Shown here in pieces: positions 29,162 through 39,070 of a stretch of DNA of 64,000 bases. The stretch's first letter is position 1. Each line of letters starts with the position of its first letter. A program made the position numbers and the translations under genes. This DNA is from a virus: IMG/VR virus record IMGVR_UViG_3300045988_078724, positions 31,033 to 95,032 of that record; one strand, written 5' to 3'. Under the pieces are notes generated by a model. That model worked only from the letters and a program-made list of their open reading frames with translations, did not search any database and had not been told where the DNA came from.

Positions 29162-29715
29162 TTCTTTTCCTCCTTATTTAATGATATTAATCCTTTCCCA
29201 TGCTTATCATACCACAGCATAGCTATACAATTCCATGCACATTGTGCAAGATGAAAAGCTCCTGTATCTGAGTCTATTCTTTCTCCTTTCATGTATTCCA
29301 TTAGGTGTCTAAACATCGCCGATCTATACCGTTCAAACCCATTGTCAAGATTCTGCCAATTGTTAGGTCCGTACTTCTTGGCTCCGGCATGATAGACTCT
29401 TACAATATCCTCAATCTCTTCCATCGGAAGCAAATCCCATCGTAGTTTATCATCAATGATGTCATTTTTCACCGATTTGTTTCCTATGGGGTCTTTGGTA
29501 AGAATAATATCCATAATATCCGTTTCTATGACGAACGTCTCCCCATTACAACAAACCTCAGCATATTTATCATTTACTTCTATGTCTGATACTGCCTCCG
29601 CTATAGCTCCTTTGGCTATTTTAAATTCGGCACTGATTATATCATCTTTTAATATGCGAAAAATAGATCCTTTTGGATAAAGGACGTTTTTAGTGTTATC
29701 ATCCATCTTTTCCAT
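29158..29715 (-). CDS. DUF5664-like / dATP-dGTP diphosphohydrolase N-terminal-like domain protein (tentative)
   Basis: LRWDLLPMEEIEDIVRVYHAGAKKYGPNNWQNL ... DTGAFHLAQCAWN resembles a phage-common domain family from memory; assignment uncertain. Confidence 0.35.
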   Translation of the reverse strand: MEKMDDNTKNVLYPKGSIFRILKDDIISAEFKIAKGAIAEAVSDIEVNDKYAEVCCNGETFVIETDIMDIILTKDPIGNKSVKNDIIDDKLRWDLLPMEEIEDIVRVYHAGAKKYGPNNWQNLDNGFERYRSAMFRHLMEYMKGERIDSDTGAFHLAQCAWNCIAMLWYDKHGKGLISLNKEEKK

Positions 29716-29767
29716 TGTTTTATCGTTGTTTTACCTCATTTCTATAGTAATATAATCCATCTTCGTC

Positions 29768-30055
29768 TTACACTCTATCATTCCTGTTATTCTCAAAATA
29801 TTGTCTTACGGCTTCAATCGCCTTATCGTCATCAAAAACCTCTACAAATTCCTCATAGAATCTATTTCGTTCCATAGAGAACGTGTTGCTTCCTTCCGGA
29901 ATGGTCCTGAATACAACTACCTTCTCTCCATCTACGTTCGTTCCTATGATGTTATTGTGAAGAATAATAGAATAGCGCCCAGAGCTTTTGTTCTGGACGA
30001 CACTATGTTCGAGATTGTAGAGTCTAAGTAGTTCTCTTATTTCTTTTACTCCCAT
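29768..30055 (-). CDS. hypothetical protein (95 aa)
   Basis: ORF. Confidence 0.4.
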   Translation of the reverse strand: MGVKEIRELLRLYNLEHSVVQNKSSGRYSIILHNNIIGTNVDGEKVVVFRTIPEGSNTFSMERNRFYEEFVEVFDDDKAIEAVRQYFENNRNDRV

Positions 30056-30056
30056 A

Positions 30057-30773
30057 TTATTTTACTTTTTTAGAGGTTACAGTCTCTTCTCCCCATTTCT
30101 TTACATATATAGATCTCATCATGTTCATTAAATCGGAAAAAGAGGATATGGTTCCCATTTCTATACAAAATGCAAGATTAGATTGAAGCGTTTCAAGTTC
30201 TTTTAACTGCTCTTGGGTTGCTCTGTTATCTAAAACATATTTATGTTTATTGAATACAATCCAGTTTAATTTATCAGCCATTTCTATGTAATCAACATCT
30301 TCAAATTTTGATACAGACCTTGAAAGAGTATTGTATTTATCTCCTATCTCTATTCTATCCAAAATAAGTTTATCATTTAACCATCCAGTAACTTCTGCAT
30401 ACAGCATAGGATTTAATTCTATAGCGACTAATACCCATATGTAGGGATCACACATGACATTCCTGTTTGTTCCTCTTCCTGTAGTCTTATAGGCATTATA
30501 CCACTTCATTACTTTTATCAAAGAGTTGTTTTCCACTATATCCATAAACTCTTTCAAGGTTTCACTTTTTATGTATTTCTGTTTTTTAAGAATATAAAAT
30601 ATCCTTTCTGCACTCTCCTTGTTCGAAAGAATATTTTCTATTCTCTTATCATTCCACCCCATCTCCACTCTTTTTCTTGTATATGCCTCTTGTAATCCAG
30701 TTAATGACATAAAGGAAGTTTTAATGTCCTGTCTGATTACCACTCCATACAATAACCTGTCTTTAGAAATCAT
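30057..30773 (-). CDS. KilA-N domain protein
   Basis: GRGTNRNVMCDPYIWVLVAIELNPMLYAEVTGWL matches KilA-N C-terminal core (G..GTWVHP.LAI.FA.WLSP.F..WV). Confidence 0.55.
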   Translation of the reverse strand: MISKDRLLYGVVIRQDIKTSFMSLTGLQEAYTRKRVEMGWNDKRIENILSNKESAERIFYILKKQKYIKSETLKEFMDIVENNSLIKVMKWYNAYKTTGRGTNRNVMCDPYIWVLVAIELNPMLYAEVTGWLNDKLILDRIEIGDKYNTLSRSVSKFEDVDYIEMADKLNWIVFNKHKYVLDNRATQEQLKELETLQSNLAFCIEMGTISSFSDLMNMMRSIYVKKWGEETVTSKKVK

Positions 30774-30893
30774 ACCTTTTAAATTATTTAATAAAATACG
30801 CTTGTATTAAAATTACACGACGTAAAAATATAGATTGTGCAACTTTAATACAAGCGCATTATGTTAAATTTTACTTATAGTGTTTTTATGTGT

Positions 30894-31250
30894 TCATATT
30901 ATTCCTTCCAAATTTACTTTAATAGAACCATTTATGGTTTTAATGCTCCCATCTATGGTTGAAATCACATCATCTATATCATTTATAATGCCTTCCATGT
31001 CATCAACCACCTCCTCCATATCAGTTACAGCCCGATCTGATTCCCAATATCTTTCTGAGTCTTGTAACGATTCCGGTATATTATCTCTCGCCTCCGTCTC
31101 TTCATCTAAAATCATATCAATATCATCTTTGGCTGAATTTATGTTGTGCTTTAACTCCGATAACTTTGATTTGATGTATTCAAAATCTGTTTTATACTTA
31201 TTTACATTGTTAATAACATCTAATATTCTTTTTCTTCTCTTGTTGTTCAT
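30894..31250 (-). CDS. acidic coiled-coil protein (118 aa)
   Basis: ORF, Asp/Glu/Ile-rich. Confidence 0.4.
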   Translation of the reverse strand: MNNKRRKRILDVINNVNKYKTDFEYIKSKLSELKHNINSAKDDIDMILDEETEARDNIPESLQDSERYWESDRAVTDMEEVVDDMEGIINDIDDVISTIDGSIKTINGSIKVNLEGII

Positions 31251-32671
31251 GCCTTTATCCTATTATAATATTCGATAATCTTTTCTTTCCTATCTCCCGG
31301 TTTTACTGTCATATTCTCAGCCAAGAACCTAAAATACGACACCGGTATGTCCTTGAATCTAATTCCTTCATATTTTCCAAACCACATTATTATACTGTCA
31401 AGATCGTCTTCTCTCCTACCATCTCCATTCACAGATTTAAGCGAGGCTGCCCGGCGAAGGATCTCGTCTTTGGTAATAATATCCCCCATCCTTATATTGG
31501 ATAGAAGCTGATTGCCGGCAAACATACACCAGCCCTTAGAAGGGAATTGCTCGATTGTCAGGTCTTCTATCCGACCGAAACGCCTCATGTTGTCGCAGCA
31601 ATCAACTATTAACGCCTCTTTCTTGTCAGGATGGATGCGGACGGCTCGGCCTAATATTTGGTAATATGTTGAATATGAGAACGTTGGGCGACCAAACATC
31701 ACACAATCAAGTTCAGGAAAGTCAAATCCGGTAGCAAGCGTTGAATAATTAAAAACCACCTTCAACTTACCTTCTTTGAAATCGGATATGATTTGCTCTC
31801 TTTTCTTTTTGGTTGTTAGCGATGTTACGACACCAGTTATGGCTCCCATCCTGGCATTCATAAACTCTGATATTCTATTACATGATTCGATAGAATCCAT
31901 GCATACTAAAATGGCCTTACGCTCGTTCATAAGCTGAAGAAGACGCTTATAGATAGAGTTGTTTAAGCCGTTTCGTACAATACTTTCTTTAATAGATTCG
32001 TTGGTGTATTCGGCTCCGGTACTGTTTAACATCAGAGCCGATTCATCAAACGACCATCGTTCGTACTTAAGTGGACACCAAAACCCTTGAGAAGTTAGTT
32101 CTTGTATTTGAGTCACATGAACTATTTTCTTGAAGAAGTTATGCTCGTCTTTCGTCAGCATATTGAGCTTGCTATAGTTCCCTTCCAGCATGGAACTGTA
32201 GGTTCGGAGGCGGCAGGGAGTGGCGGTGAAGCCCAGCACCTTCGCCTCTGGAAACCCGTTCATAAACTCCATAAATTCAGAACCTTCCTCCGGGGAATAC
32301 CCCGAGTGGCATTCGTCCACCAATAAGGTGTCTATCCCTATATCTTTCAACCTTGCTACGTCTTTCTTTATGCTCTTTAATGTTGCATAAGTCATAGCCG
32401 ACAGCTCCTTTATACCACATGAAGCAGAATATATAGTAGGTTTAGAACCGAATGATACGGCCTTTGCATAATTCTGCTCCAGAATCTCTTTTGAGGGCTG
32501 TAATACTAATGTCGGTCTATTTATTTCATGTGCTATCTTGGATATCAGAAGGCTCTTTCCACATCCGCATGGAGCTACGATTATGCCAGGCTTCTTAGAT
32601 CTTCCTGTAAGAAACTTAAGCCCGGCATCTACTGCCTCTTTCTGGTAAGGTCTAAGTTCAAAGCCCATCAC
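31247..32671 (-). CDS. SF2 DEAD/DEAH-box (DExH) helicase
   Basis: Walker A APCGCGKS, Walker B DECH, helicase C-terminal domain; C-terminal DUF3820-like tail MWFGKYEGIRFKDIP. Confidence 0.8.
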   Translation of the reverse strand: MMGFELRPYQKEAVDAGLKFLTGRSKKPGIIVAPCGCGKSLLISKIAHEINRPTLVLQPSKEILEQNYAKAVSFGSKPTIYSASCGIKELSAMTYATLKSIKKDVARLKDIGIDTLLVDECHSGYSPEEGSEFMEFMNGFPEAKVLGFTATPCRLRTYSSMLEGNYSKLNMLTKDEHNFFKKIVHVTQIQELTSQGFWCPLKYERWSFDESALMLNSTGAEYTNESIKESIVRNGLNNSIYKRLLQLMNERKAILVCMDSIESCNRISEFMNARMGAITGVVTSLTTKKKREQIISDFKEGKLKVVFNYSTLATGFDFPELDCVMFGRPTFSYSTYYQILGRAVRIHPDKKEALIVDCCDNMRRFGRIEDLTIEQFPSKGWCMFAGNQLLSNIRMGDIITKDEILRRAASLKSVNGDGRREDDLDSIIMWFGKYEGIRFKDIPVSYFRFLAENMTVKPGDRKEKIIEYYNRIKA

Positions 32672-33044
32672 AATCTATTATATTATTTTTTGAAAGTTCT
32701 ATTATCGCCTCTTTCAACATCTCCCTTGCTTTATTCTCATTATCTTCAAACAGGCATACACTGCATGTAGCACCTTTGGAGGGGTAGTCTCTGTAGGCTT
32801 CTGCTCTTTCTACAACGTACTCACAACAATAGTCGTGACTCATGTCTTTTGCTATACTTATAAAATGATCTTCTCCATCCATCAACACGCAATATTCAGC
32901 ATCGTTTTCGCATGCAATAACACCTTTGTTTTTTAAAATGGATAGCACTTTATTTCCAAAAAGTCCAATATAGACCCATATATCTTTCCCTGCATTTTTG
33001 TAAAAAATACCCATCCCTTCTTTGATTGTGACTTTCTTTTCCAT
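32658..33044 (-). CDS. hypothetical Cys-rich protein (128 aa)
   Basis: ORF. Confidence 0.45.
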   Translation of the reverse strand: MEKKVTIKEGMGIFYKNAGKDIWVYIGLFGNKVLSILKNKGVIACENDAEYCVLMDGEDHFISIAKDMSHDYCCEYVVERAEAYRDYPSKGATCSVCLFEDNENKAREMLKEAIIELSKNNIIDCDGL

Positions 33045-33050
33045 AACCCC

Positions 33051-33374
33051 TTATTTTATATCAGTAATTAAAATATATTTTTCAACAATATCTTCAAGCT
33101 CCATAGAAAATAATAAACTTGGGCTTTTTTCGTACTCGTACAGGGCGAACCCTTCCTTTATGCCTAATATCTTAATCACATGCTTGCCTCTTTCAAATGG
33201 ATCCATGAAGTAGCCTTCGTATTCGTATCTTTGACCGACTTTTATTTTGTCAGTTTTCTTCTTCATCTTATAACGATCTACTGCTCTACATGTTTTTATG
33301 AAAGTTGTCATGAGCAAGTATAATAAAACTAAATACAAAAGGAGCATCACTCCACATGTTAGATCTTCTTTCAT
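33051..33374 (-). CDS. small membrane-anchored protein (107 aa)
   Basis: N-terminal hydrophobic segment GVMLLLYLVLLYLLMTTFI. Confidence 0.45.
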   Translation of the reverse strand: MKEDLTCGVMLLLYLVLLYLLMTTFIKTCRAVDRYKMKKKTDKIKVGQRYEYEGYFMDPFERGKHVIKILGIKEGFALYEYEKSPSLLFSMELEDIVEKYILITDIK

Positions 33375-33540
33375 TGGACTCCCTTTAAGTAGTTAAACCA
33401 TATATCCTCCAGTCTTTCCTGAAGCTCAAATGCTTTCTTAAAATTCCCGCTTCTTACAGCAACGTCTCTCATGTATTCTACGTTTATAACTTCCGGATCT
33501 TGCCGGTATTTCGTTCTTAACTTTTGAACATCCTCGTATT

Positions 33541-34560
33541 TCATCGTTTTATCTTTTTAGACGGATCCCAATCTGAAGAGAAAGGGCATTCGTTTTTGTT
33601 ATGTAATCCAAAGTCACAATAATAACACAGCGCCGACGGGCAGGGTAGCTTGTTTTGCGAAACAGGCTGGCTTAGGGTGGCGCGCCGCTTGCTATACCTG
33701 GATCCTTCTGCTCCCTGGATGTACGCTTGAAATGATTTTACACTATTATCTTCAAAATCATACATTTTAGACAAAGTGTCATTTAGCATTTCTATAGATT
33801 TTGTTTTACGCTCTTCATCTACCTTAACCTTTTGGTACTGCCTGGTTCTGGTAAAGAAATAGATGTTCATATCTGGCAGAACTCCACCATATTTTCTATA
33901 GATGTAAAATGAATATATAGGATGCTGTAAATTCGTTTCCAACTTCTTAGAATCAAAAACCTTATTCCCTGATTTCCAATCTATGACATAATGGTGAACT
34001 ACGTTCTTGCTTTTTATAGCCAGATGAAGGTCTACCGATCCTACTATGTACACATGAGTATGAACGGTCCCATTTATATCAACAGGCTTAGGAAGACGGT
34101 ACGGCAGCACAAAATCTTCTTCGACTCCAACTATGGCGCCGTGTCTGATAAGTTTCTCGCAGGGATTAAGATCACTATCAGCTATCATAAACCTATTCCC
34201 GTCTTTTTTAAACAGATCCACAATCCAAGCAAGAAGTTCTCCAGATTGTTTCATGGCTATCATCATATTTTCCGGTGATTGCCAAGGTATGTCTTCTTGA
34301 TAGGAATAGTAACTTATCGCTTCTCCAAGGTCTTTACCAGAAGGCTGTCTTCCGTTCTTAAAGAAGTATTCCAGTGTTTTATGGATAACCGTACCATAAG
34401 ATGTAGCTTCTTGTTTTTCTGTAGACCTTTTACCCTCTACGTAAGTCTTATACCATTTCATTGGACAAGTAAGAAACGTATCTATCTGGGAATAAGATAT
34501 GGCAAGACGTTTCACACCATTAAACTCCTTATATAGCAAATGTGTTTCCGGGACCATCAT
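33541..34560 (-). CDS. Cas4-like / RecB-family PD-(D/E)xK exonuclease with 4Fe-4S cysteines
   Basis: N-terminal Cys in TFLTCPMKWYKTYV, motif II GSVDL, motif III VIDWKSG, C-terminal CPCPSALCYYCDF...ECP. Confidence 0.7.
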   Translation of the reverse strand: MMVPETHLLYKEFNGVKRLAISYSQIDTFLTCPMKWYKTYVEGKRSTEKQEATSYGTVIHKTLEYFFKNGRQPSGKDLGEAISYYSYQEDIPWQSPENMMIAMKQSGELLAWIVDLFKKDGNRFMIADSDLNPCEKLIRHGAIVGVEEDFVLPYRLPKPVDINGTVHTHVYIVGSVDLHLAIKSKNVVHHYVIDWKSGNKVFDSKKLETNLQHPIYSFYIYRKYGGVLPDMNIYFFTRTRQYQKVKVDEERKTKSIEMLNDTLSKMYDFEDNSVKSFQAYIQGAEGSRYSKRRATLSQPVSQNKLPCPSALCYYCDFGLHNKNECPFSSDWDPSKKIKR

Positions 34561-34916
34561 AAGTCATTGTCTTTAAATCCTTCCGGGTAATATACGACAT
34601 ACTTCTTACCGTCTTCTGGTGTCATGGCAAACTGCATGTAGTTATTACGATTACGATGCTTACCATCTAATCCTCGCTTCCAATACAGAATCCCGTCTAT
34701 ATCCACATAAGACCGTCCGCGTTCGGCTCTAACTACGTCCGTGTGCAGCAGATACCCGTCGGAAGACACAATCCATACTTTATCTCCTTTGTTTAAATAA
34801 GATATTCTTTTTCTTACAACAACCTTTTTCTTATTATCCAATACAAATTCCTCGTCAGTCATACTCTTCATCCTCCTCTTCTTCTGTTTCAAAATCAATT
34901 CCATAACACTGATCAT
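34557..34916 (-). CDS. hypothetical protein (119 aa)
   Basis: ORF. Confidence 0.45.
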   Translation of the reverse strand: MISVMELILKQKKRRMKSMTDEEFVLDNKKKVVVRKRISYLNKGDKVWIVSSDGYLLHTDVVRAERGRSYVDIDGILYWKRGLDGKHRNRNNYMQFAMTPEDGKKYVVYYPEGFKDNDL

Positions 34917-35079
34917 AATGCTTGTTCAGTTCTTCTGGTTCTAAATCTTGTCCAAAATCCATGTTAAAAATATCGTAATTAGTAAAGCACTTAAAATCAC
35001 TGTCCCTGCCGGCAGGAAATCTATGAATGCTGCTTTTATTTCTTCAATTAGGCCCAAGTGTAACCTTGGGCCATTGTAT

Positions 35080-36768
35080 TTATTTTTTGTCATCTCCTTT
35101 TAACTTCTTTAAAGTATCTGCAATCGGAAGCTGATCAATGACTCCCAATGCCGGAGCGACGGTCTTGACAACATTGTTAAGGAAATTACCGGTACTGTTC
35201 TGACCGCCGTCAAATACCGTGATATTTCCGAGGTTAATGTGCTCAAATGCTTTAACCTGTTCTCCAGCAATTTCTTTCCACTGATTAACCATCTTGTACT
35301 GGATGGCGATCTGAGGATTGGATTCTGCTGCTTCCACCATAGCCTTAAATCCGTCGGCTTCTGCCATTAACGACTTTTTCTTACCTTCGGCTTCTGCCTC
35401 CAGCTTCATCTGAATAGCTTTTGCCTCTGCCTCAGCTTTTGCCAAATGTGCTGCTGCCTCAGCCCGGCGTTTGATCTTCTCGGCCTCGGCATCAGCTTGC
35501 AAGATAGCCTCTTCCTTCTGGGTTTCAGCCGGCACAATCTTTTCAGCCTTAAGCGCAGCCTGAACTTTCTTAGCCTTAGCTTCTTCCACTTCTTTGTCGG
35601 CAAGCTCTTTTGCTGTTTTTACAGCCGCTTCCGATTTAACTTTTTCTTCTCCGGCCTTCTTCTCTGATTGAGCTTTGATGATCTGTAGTTCTGATACTGA
35701 CACAGCAACCTCCTTCTGGGCATTGTTGTATCCTATAGACGCATTTTTCTCAGCCTTCTTAATCTGAGCTTCAGAGTCTTGTATTGCTATAGCTGCTTCC
35801 TTGTCAGCTTCAGCCTTATTCTTTCCGACTTCTTCCATCCTTTCAGCCTCGGCTTTATTTACTTCAAGTTCTGCCTTAGATCTTACGATCGCCGATTCCT
35901 TGTCGGTTAAAGTTTTTGCGATAACCGCAGCCCTGTCTCTATCTGCTTGAGCTACACCGATCTGTTTCTCTTTATCGGTTAAAGCTAAAGCTATTTCTTT
36001 TTCTTTCTTCGTTTCAGCTACTATCGTTTCCTTTTCTTTTTCAGTACAAGCAATTTGAATCTCTTGTTCTTTTTTGGTATTAGCTACAGCCGTTTCTTTC
36101 TCCTTCTGCTGTACAGCAATCTTAATAGCACCCAGCTTCTCCTGTTCTTCGATATTAGCCTGTGCTTCGTTCAGAGCCCTACTTTCGGCTTCCTTACCAA
36201 GGTTCATAATATAACCGGCTTCGTCTCTAATGTCACTGATGTTGATGTTCAGGAGGTAAAGACCTAACTTATTAAGCTCGTTATCAATGTTCTTTCTTGC
36301 CTTATCTAAAAACTCATCCCTGTCAGAATTAAGTTTTTCGATCGTCATTTCGGCAATAATCAAACGCATTTGACCGTAAACGATGTCCGTAATAAGATTT
36401 TCAGTAGATTCGGTATCCATTCCCAAAAGTCTTTCTGCCGCATTTTGCATGATTTCGGGATTTGTACTGATAGCTACTGTAATGGTTGTAGGTACATCTA
36501 CTCTAATATTCTGAGATGACAAAGCACCGGTAAGCTTGCAATCTATTTGCATAGGCTCCATTGACAAAACATCATAGCTTTGAATAATAGGCAAGACAAA
36601 TGCCGCTCCACCATGATATAATTTCGCCGACTTCTTTTCCCCACCTGTCTTACCGTAAACAACCAAGACCTGATTAGGCTTACATCTACGATACCTTGAT
36701 AAGACTCCGATGATTGTTAAAATAATCACTACAGCTAAGATAGCTGACACGTACATGATTGTTGTCAT
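35080..36768 (-). CDS. flotillin-like SPFH/band-7 protein (FloT/YqiK-like)
   Basis: N-terminal TM, SPFH domain, long Glu/Ala/Lys repeat coiled coil, C-terminal NPQIAIQYKMVNQWKEIAGEQ flotillin tail. Confidence 0.8.
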   Translation of the reverse strand: MTTIMYVSAILAVVIILTIIGVLSRYRRCKPNQVLVVYGKTGGEKKSAKLYHGGAAFVLPIIQSYDVLSMEPMQIDCKLTGALSSQNIRVDVPTTITVAISTNPEIMQNAAERLLGMDTESTENLITDIVYGQMRLIIAEMTIEKLNSDRDEFLDKARKNIDNELNKLGLYLLNINISDIRDEAGYIMNLGKEAESRALNEAQANIEEQEKLGAIKIAVQQKEKETAVANTKKEQEIQIACTEKEKETIVAETKKEKEIALALTDKEKQIGVAQADRDRAAVIAKTLTDKESAIVRSKAELEVNKAEAERMEEVGKNKAEADKEAAIAIQDSEAQIKKAEKNASIGYNNAQKEVAVSVSELQIIKAQSEKKAGEEKVKSEAAVKTAKELADKEVEEAKAKKVQAALKAEKIVPAETQKEEAILQADAEAEKIKRRAEAAAHLAKAEAEAKAIQMKLEAEAEGKKKSLMAEADGFKAMVEAAESNPQIAIQYKMVNQWKEIAGEQVKAFEHINLGNITVFDGGQNSTGNFLNNVVKTVAPALGVIDQLPIADTLKKLKGDDKK

Positions 36769-36801
36769 AACTTTTAAAATTTAATTGTTGATATAAAAAA
36801 A

Positions 36802-37296
36802 TTAGATACTTAATCCTCCTTCTTCGTATTTTATGTTCACCTTGTCACCATTTTTGTAATTTTTCCCAGACAAGCACCTTACTCTCATCTGTTCCTGTCT
36901 CTCGTTTTTCACAATATTTACCATATAATGGTTCTTTCCTGATCTAAATACTATCTCCACCTCTCTGCCATTTAAATTTTCTGGACATTCGTACACCATT
37001 TCTTGTTTTAACTTAAGAAGTAACTTATATACGTAAAACAAAACGATAAAGAAAAACGACCCTATCACAACCCCTACTAAATGAGAACCCGAAAAGTAGG
37101 TAGTCCAGCTATATCCAAGGATGAAATGTGTTATGCCCTTGAATGATATGATGTCCGACAAAGACATACTTAAATCAGAAGCACTGTCAATGTCAATATC
37201 CGTATCCAGATCAGATCCTAATATCGACAACAAAAACTGTATAACAAAAGCAAATGACGCTATTAAAGCCATGCATAAAATTATGTCACTTCCCAT
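36802..37296 (-). CDS. NfeD-like membrane protein (YuaF/YqiJ-like) with C-terminal OB-fold
   Basis: Membrane N-half plus C-terminal beta-rich GREVEIVFRSGKNHYMVNIV...KNGDKVNIKYEEGGLSI; immediately upstream of SPFH gene as in floT/yqiK operons. Confidence 0.55.
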   Translation of the reverse strand: MGSDIILCMALIASFAFVIQFLLSILGSDLDTDIDIDSASDLSMSLSDIISFKGITHFILGYSWTTYFSGSHLVGVVIGSFFFIVLFYVYKLLLKLKQEMVYECPENLNGREVEIVFRSGKNHYMVNIVKNERQEQMRVRCLSGKNYKNGDKVNIKYEEGGLSI

Positions 37297-37329
37297 ATCC
37301 TTCTGTTATTATTTTGTAAACAAGATCAG

Positions 37330-37536
37330 TCATATCTTTGATGGTCTCCATATCATAATCAATAATAACAATATTGAATTTTTGTCCACCATCACATCAA
37401 GCTCAATCCGATCAACAGAATCTAATCCAAGTTCTTTAAACGACACATCTTCTTCATGAACTATATCTATTTCCGAATTAAGAAACTGAGTAATAATTAT
37501 ATCCTCTATTATCTTTCTGATTCTTACTTTTTCCAT
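37330..37536 (-). CDS. hypothetical small acidic protein (68 aa)
   Basis: ORF. Confidence 0.3.
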   Translation of the reverse strand: MEKVRIRKIIEDIIITQFLNSEIDIVHEEDVSFKELGLDSVDRIELDVMVDKNSILLLLIMIWRPSKI

Positions 37537-38237
37537 TGCTTTCTAATTTTGTTAAATAAATACGTTTTTATGTTTTTCAATCGCTCTTTATCTGTCTCCG
37601 AGCTTCCGGTAAACAAATAATCCGGATTGCCTTTAGCCGGCGGCGTAGGCAATTTAGATACGGCAAACAACCAATCCATTTCCTTATTCTTCTTAGACTC
37701 CAAATAAGGCTCGGTAGCGATCTTAAATTTTTCAGCTATTAAGTCAAAGAGCTTTGAATTTTTAAGGTTCATATGGACTGAAAAAGCCTGAGAAGGCGGT
37801 TTCCATATGAAGTTACATAAGCTCATTGTATAATCTCCTGACTCTGCTATATAAGATTCCGTTACCTGAAGTATGACCTCTTTCTTGAATGAGGTGTTAC
37901 CCATAAACCAACACAATCTGGATTCCGCTTCTTTTCTGCTGACACCTATGTCTTTTGAATATGATTCGTACATTCCTATCATAATCTTCAACGTTTCCAG
38001 AACCTCGTCTGTCATCTCCGGTGTCTCTATATAATTCACAAAAGACGTTCCTTTGTTGGTCAATCTCATCACGCCTGATTTTAATTTCTCAACCAGGCCA
38101 AGCTCTATATATCTACCAGCATCTTCTTCCGGCATGGCTTCGATCATAACCGAATCCTTCTGTCTTATGGCAAGAAGATTGGCAAGATCATTAGGAGTCA
38201 TGTCTGATGCTGCAAGTTGTCTGAAATTGATGTACAT
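37524..38237 (-). CDS. hypothetical protein (237 aa)
   Basis: ORF. Confidence 0.5.
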   Translation of the reverse strand: MYINFRQLAASDMTPNDLANLLAIRQKDSVMIEAMPEEDAGRYIELGLVEKLKSGVMRLTNKGTSFVNYIETPEMTDEVLETLKIMIGMYESYSKDIGVSRKEAESRLCWFMGNTSFKKEVILQVTESYIAESGDYTMSLCNFIWKPPSQAFSVHMNLKNSKLFDLIAEKFKIATEPYLESKKNKEMDWLFAVSKLPTPPAKGNPDYLFTGSSETDKERLKNIKTYLFNKIRKQWKK

Positions 38238-38452
38238 TCTTAATCAGCTTTAATGAAAATAACATTCTTGTTATCTTGTCTATCAATATGTTCACATGGA
38301 CCAATAATCATGTCTGTACATGAACAATAATTGTATTTTTCGAATATACACCTATCGCATGTATCACCTTCCACACATTTTAATCTTACAAGTCCGGCAG
38401 TAAATACTTCTCCTACTTTAAATTCCTTCTTTTCCCTATTCCCTCCTTGTTT

Positions 38453-39055
38453 TTAACTGTTGTACCCTTCTTTAATAATCGAATTTCTACCGGTAGATAC
38501 CGACTGGCGAAGATCGTCATGTACAGAATCTACCGTAGAATACTTGTTTCTGGTTGTAAAAATCACTTCCAGCATCTCCTTGTAATCACCTAAAGCTACT
38601 TCGTATCTCGGATCTACTTTGGCTTTTCTTTCAGCCTCAGCATTACTTTTAGCCAGCTCCCGGTCGAGGAGGTCTTCTTTGATTCGGTCAGCAATCATAT
38701 CAAGTTCTTTTTTAATAACTTCTCCTGCTGCCCGAAGTTGACCTTCTACGTCACCAAGCTGGTCTTGGACGGTTCCTATTTCTTTCTTTAGGCGATCGTA
38801 TTCGTTAATCATACCCATATCACCTGCATAGCCGGAAAAGTCCTTGATTATTCTGGTTCCTTCTTTAAGGAGTTCAATAACTCGTCTTTTACGTTCTCTG
38901 CTTATTAAAGACGGAAGACGATAATTCATATCCGCCACCGCCTTATCATGTATGGAGTTGATTAAAAACATCTCTCTTTCATCCCCTGCAAACTCAGTAA
39001 GAACCAAAAGGAACTTACTTATCAGGTATTCGTTTTCTTCTACTGTTAGTCTCAT
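38453..39055 (-). CDS. hypothetical coiled-coil protein (200 aa)
   Basis: ORF. Confidence 0.5.
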   Translation of the reverse strand: MRLTVEENEYLISKFLLVLTEFAGDEREMFLINSIHDKAVADMNYRLPSLISRERKRRVIELLKEGTRIIKDFSGYAGDMGMINEYDRLKKEIGTVQDQLGDVEGQLRAAGEVIKKELDMIADRIKEDLLDRELAKSNAEAERKAKVDPRYEVALGDYKEMLEVIFTTRNKYSTVDSVHDDLRQSVSTGRNSIIKEGYNS

Positions 39056-39070
39056 GGTTCTTATTTTTTT

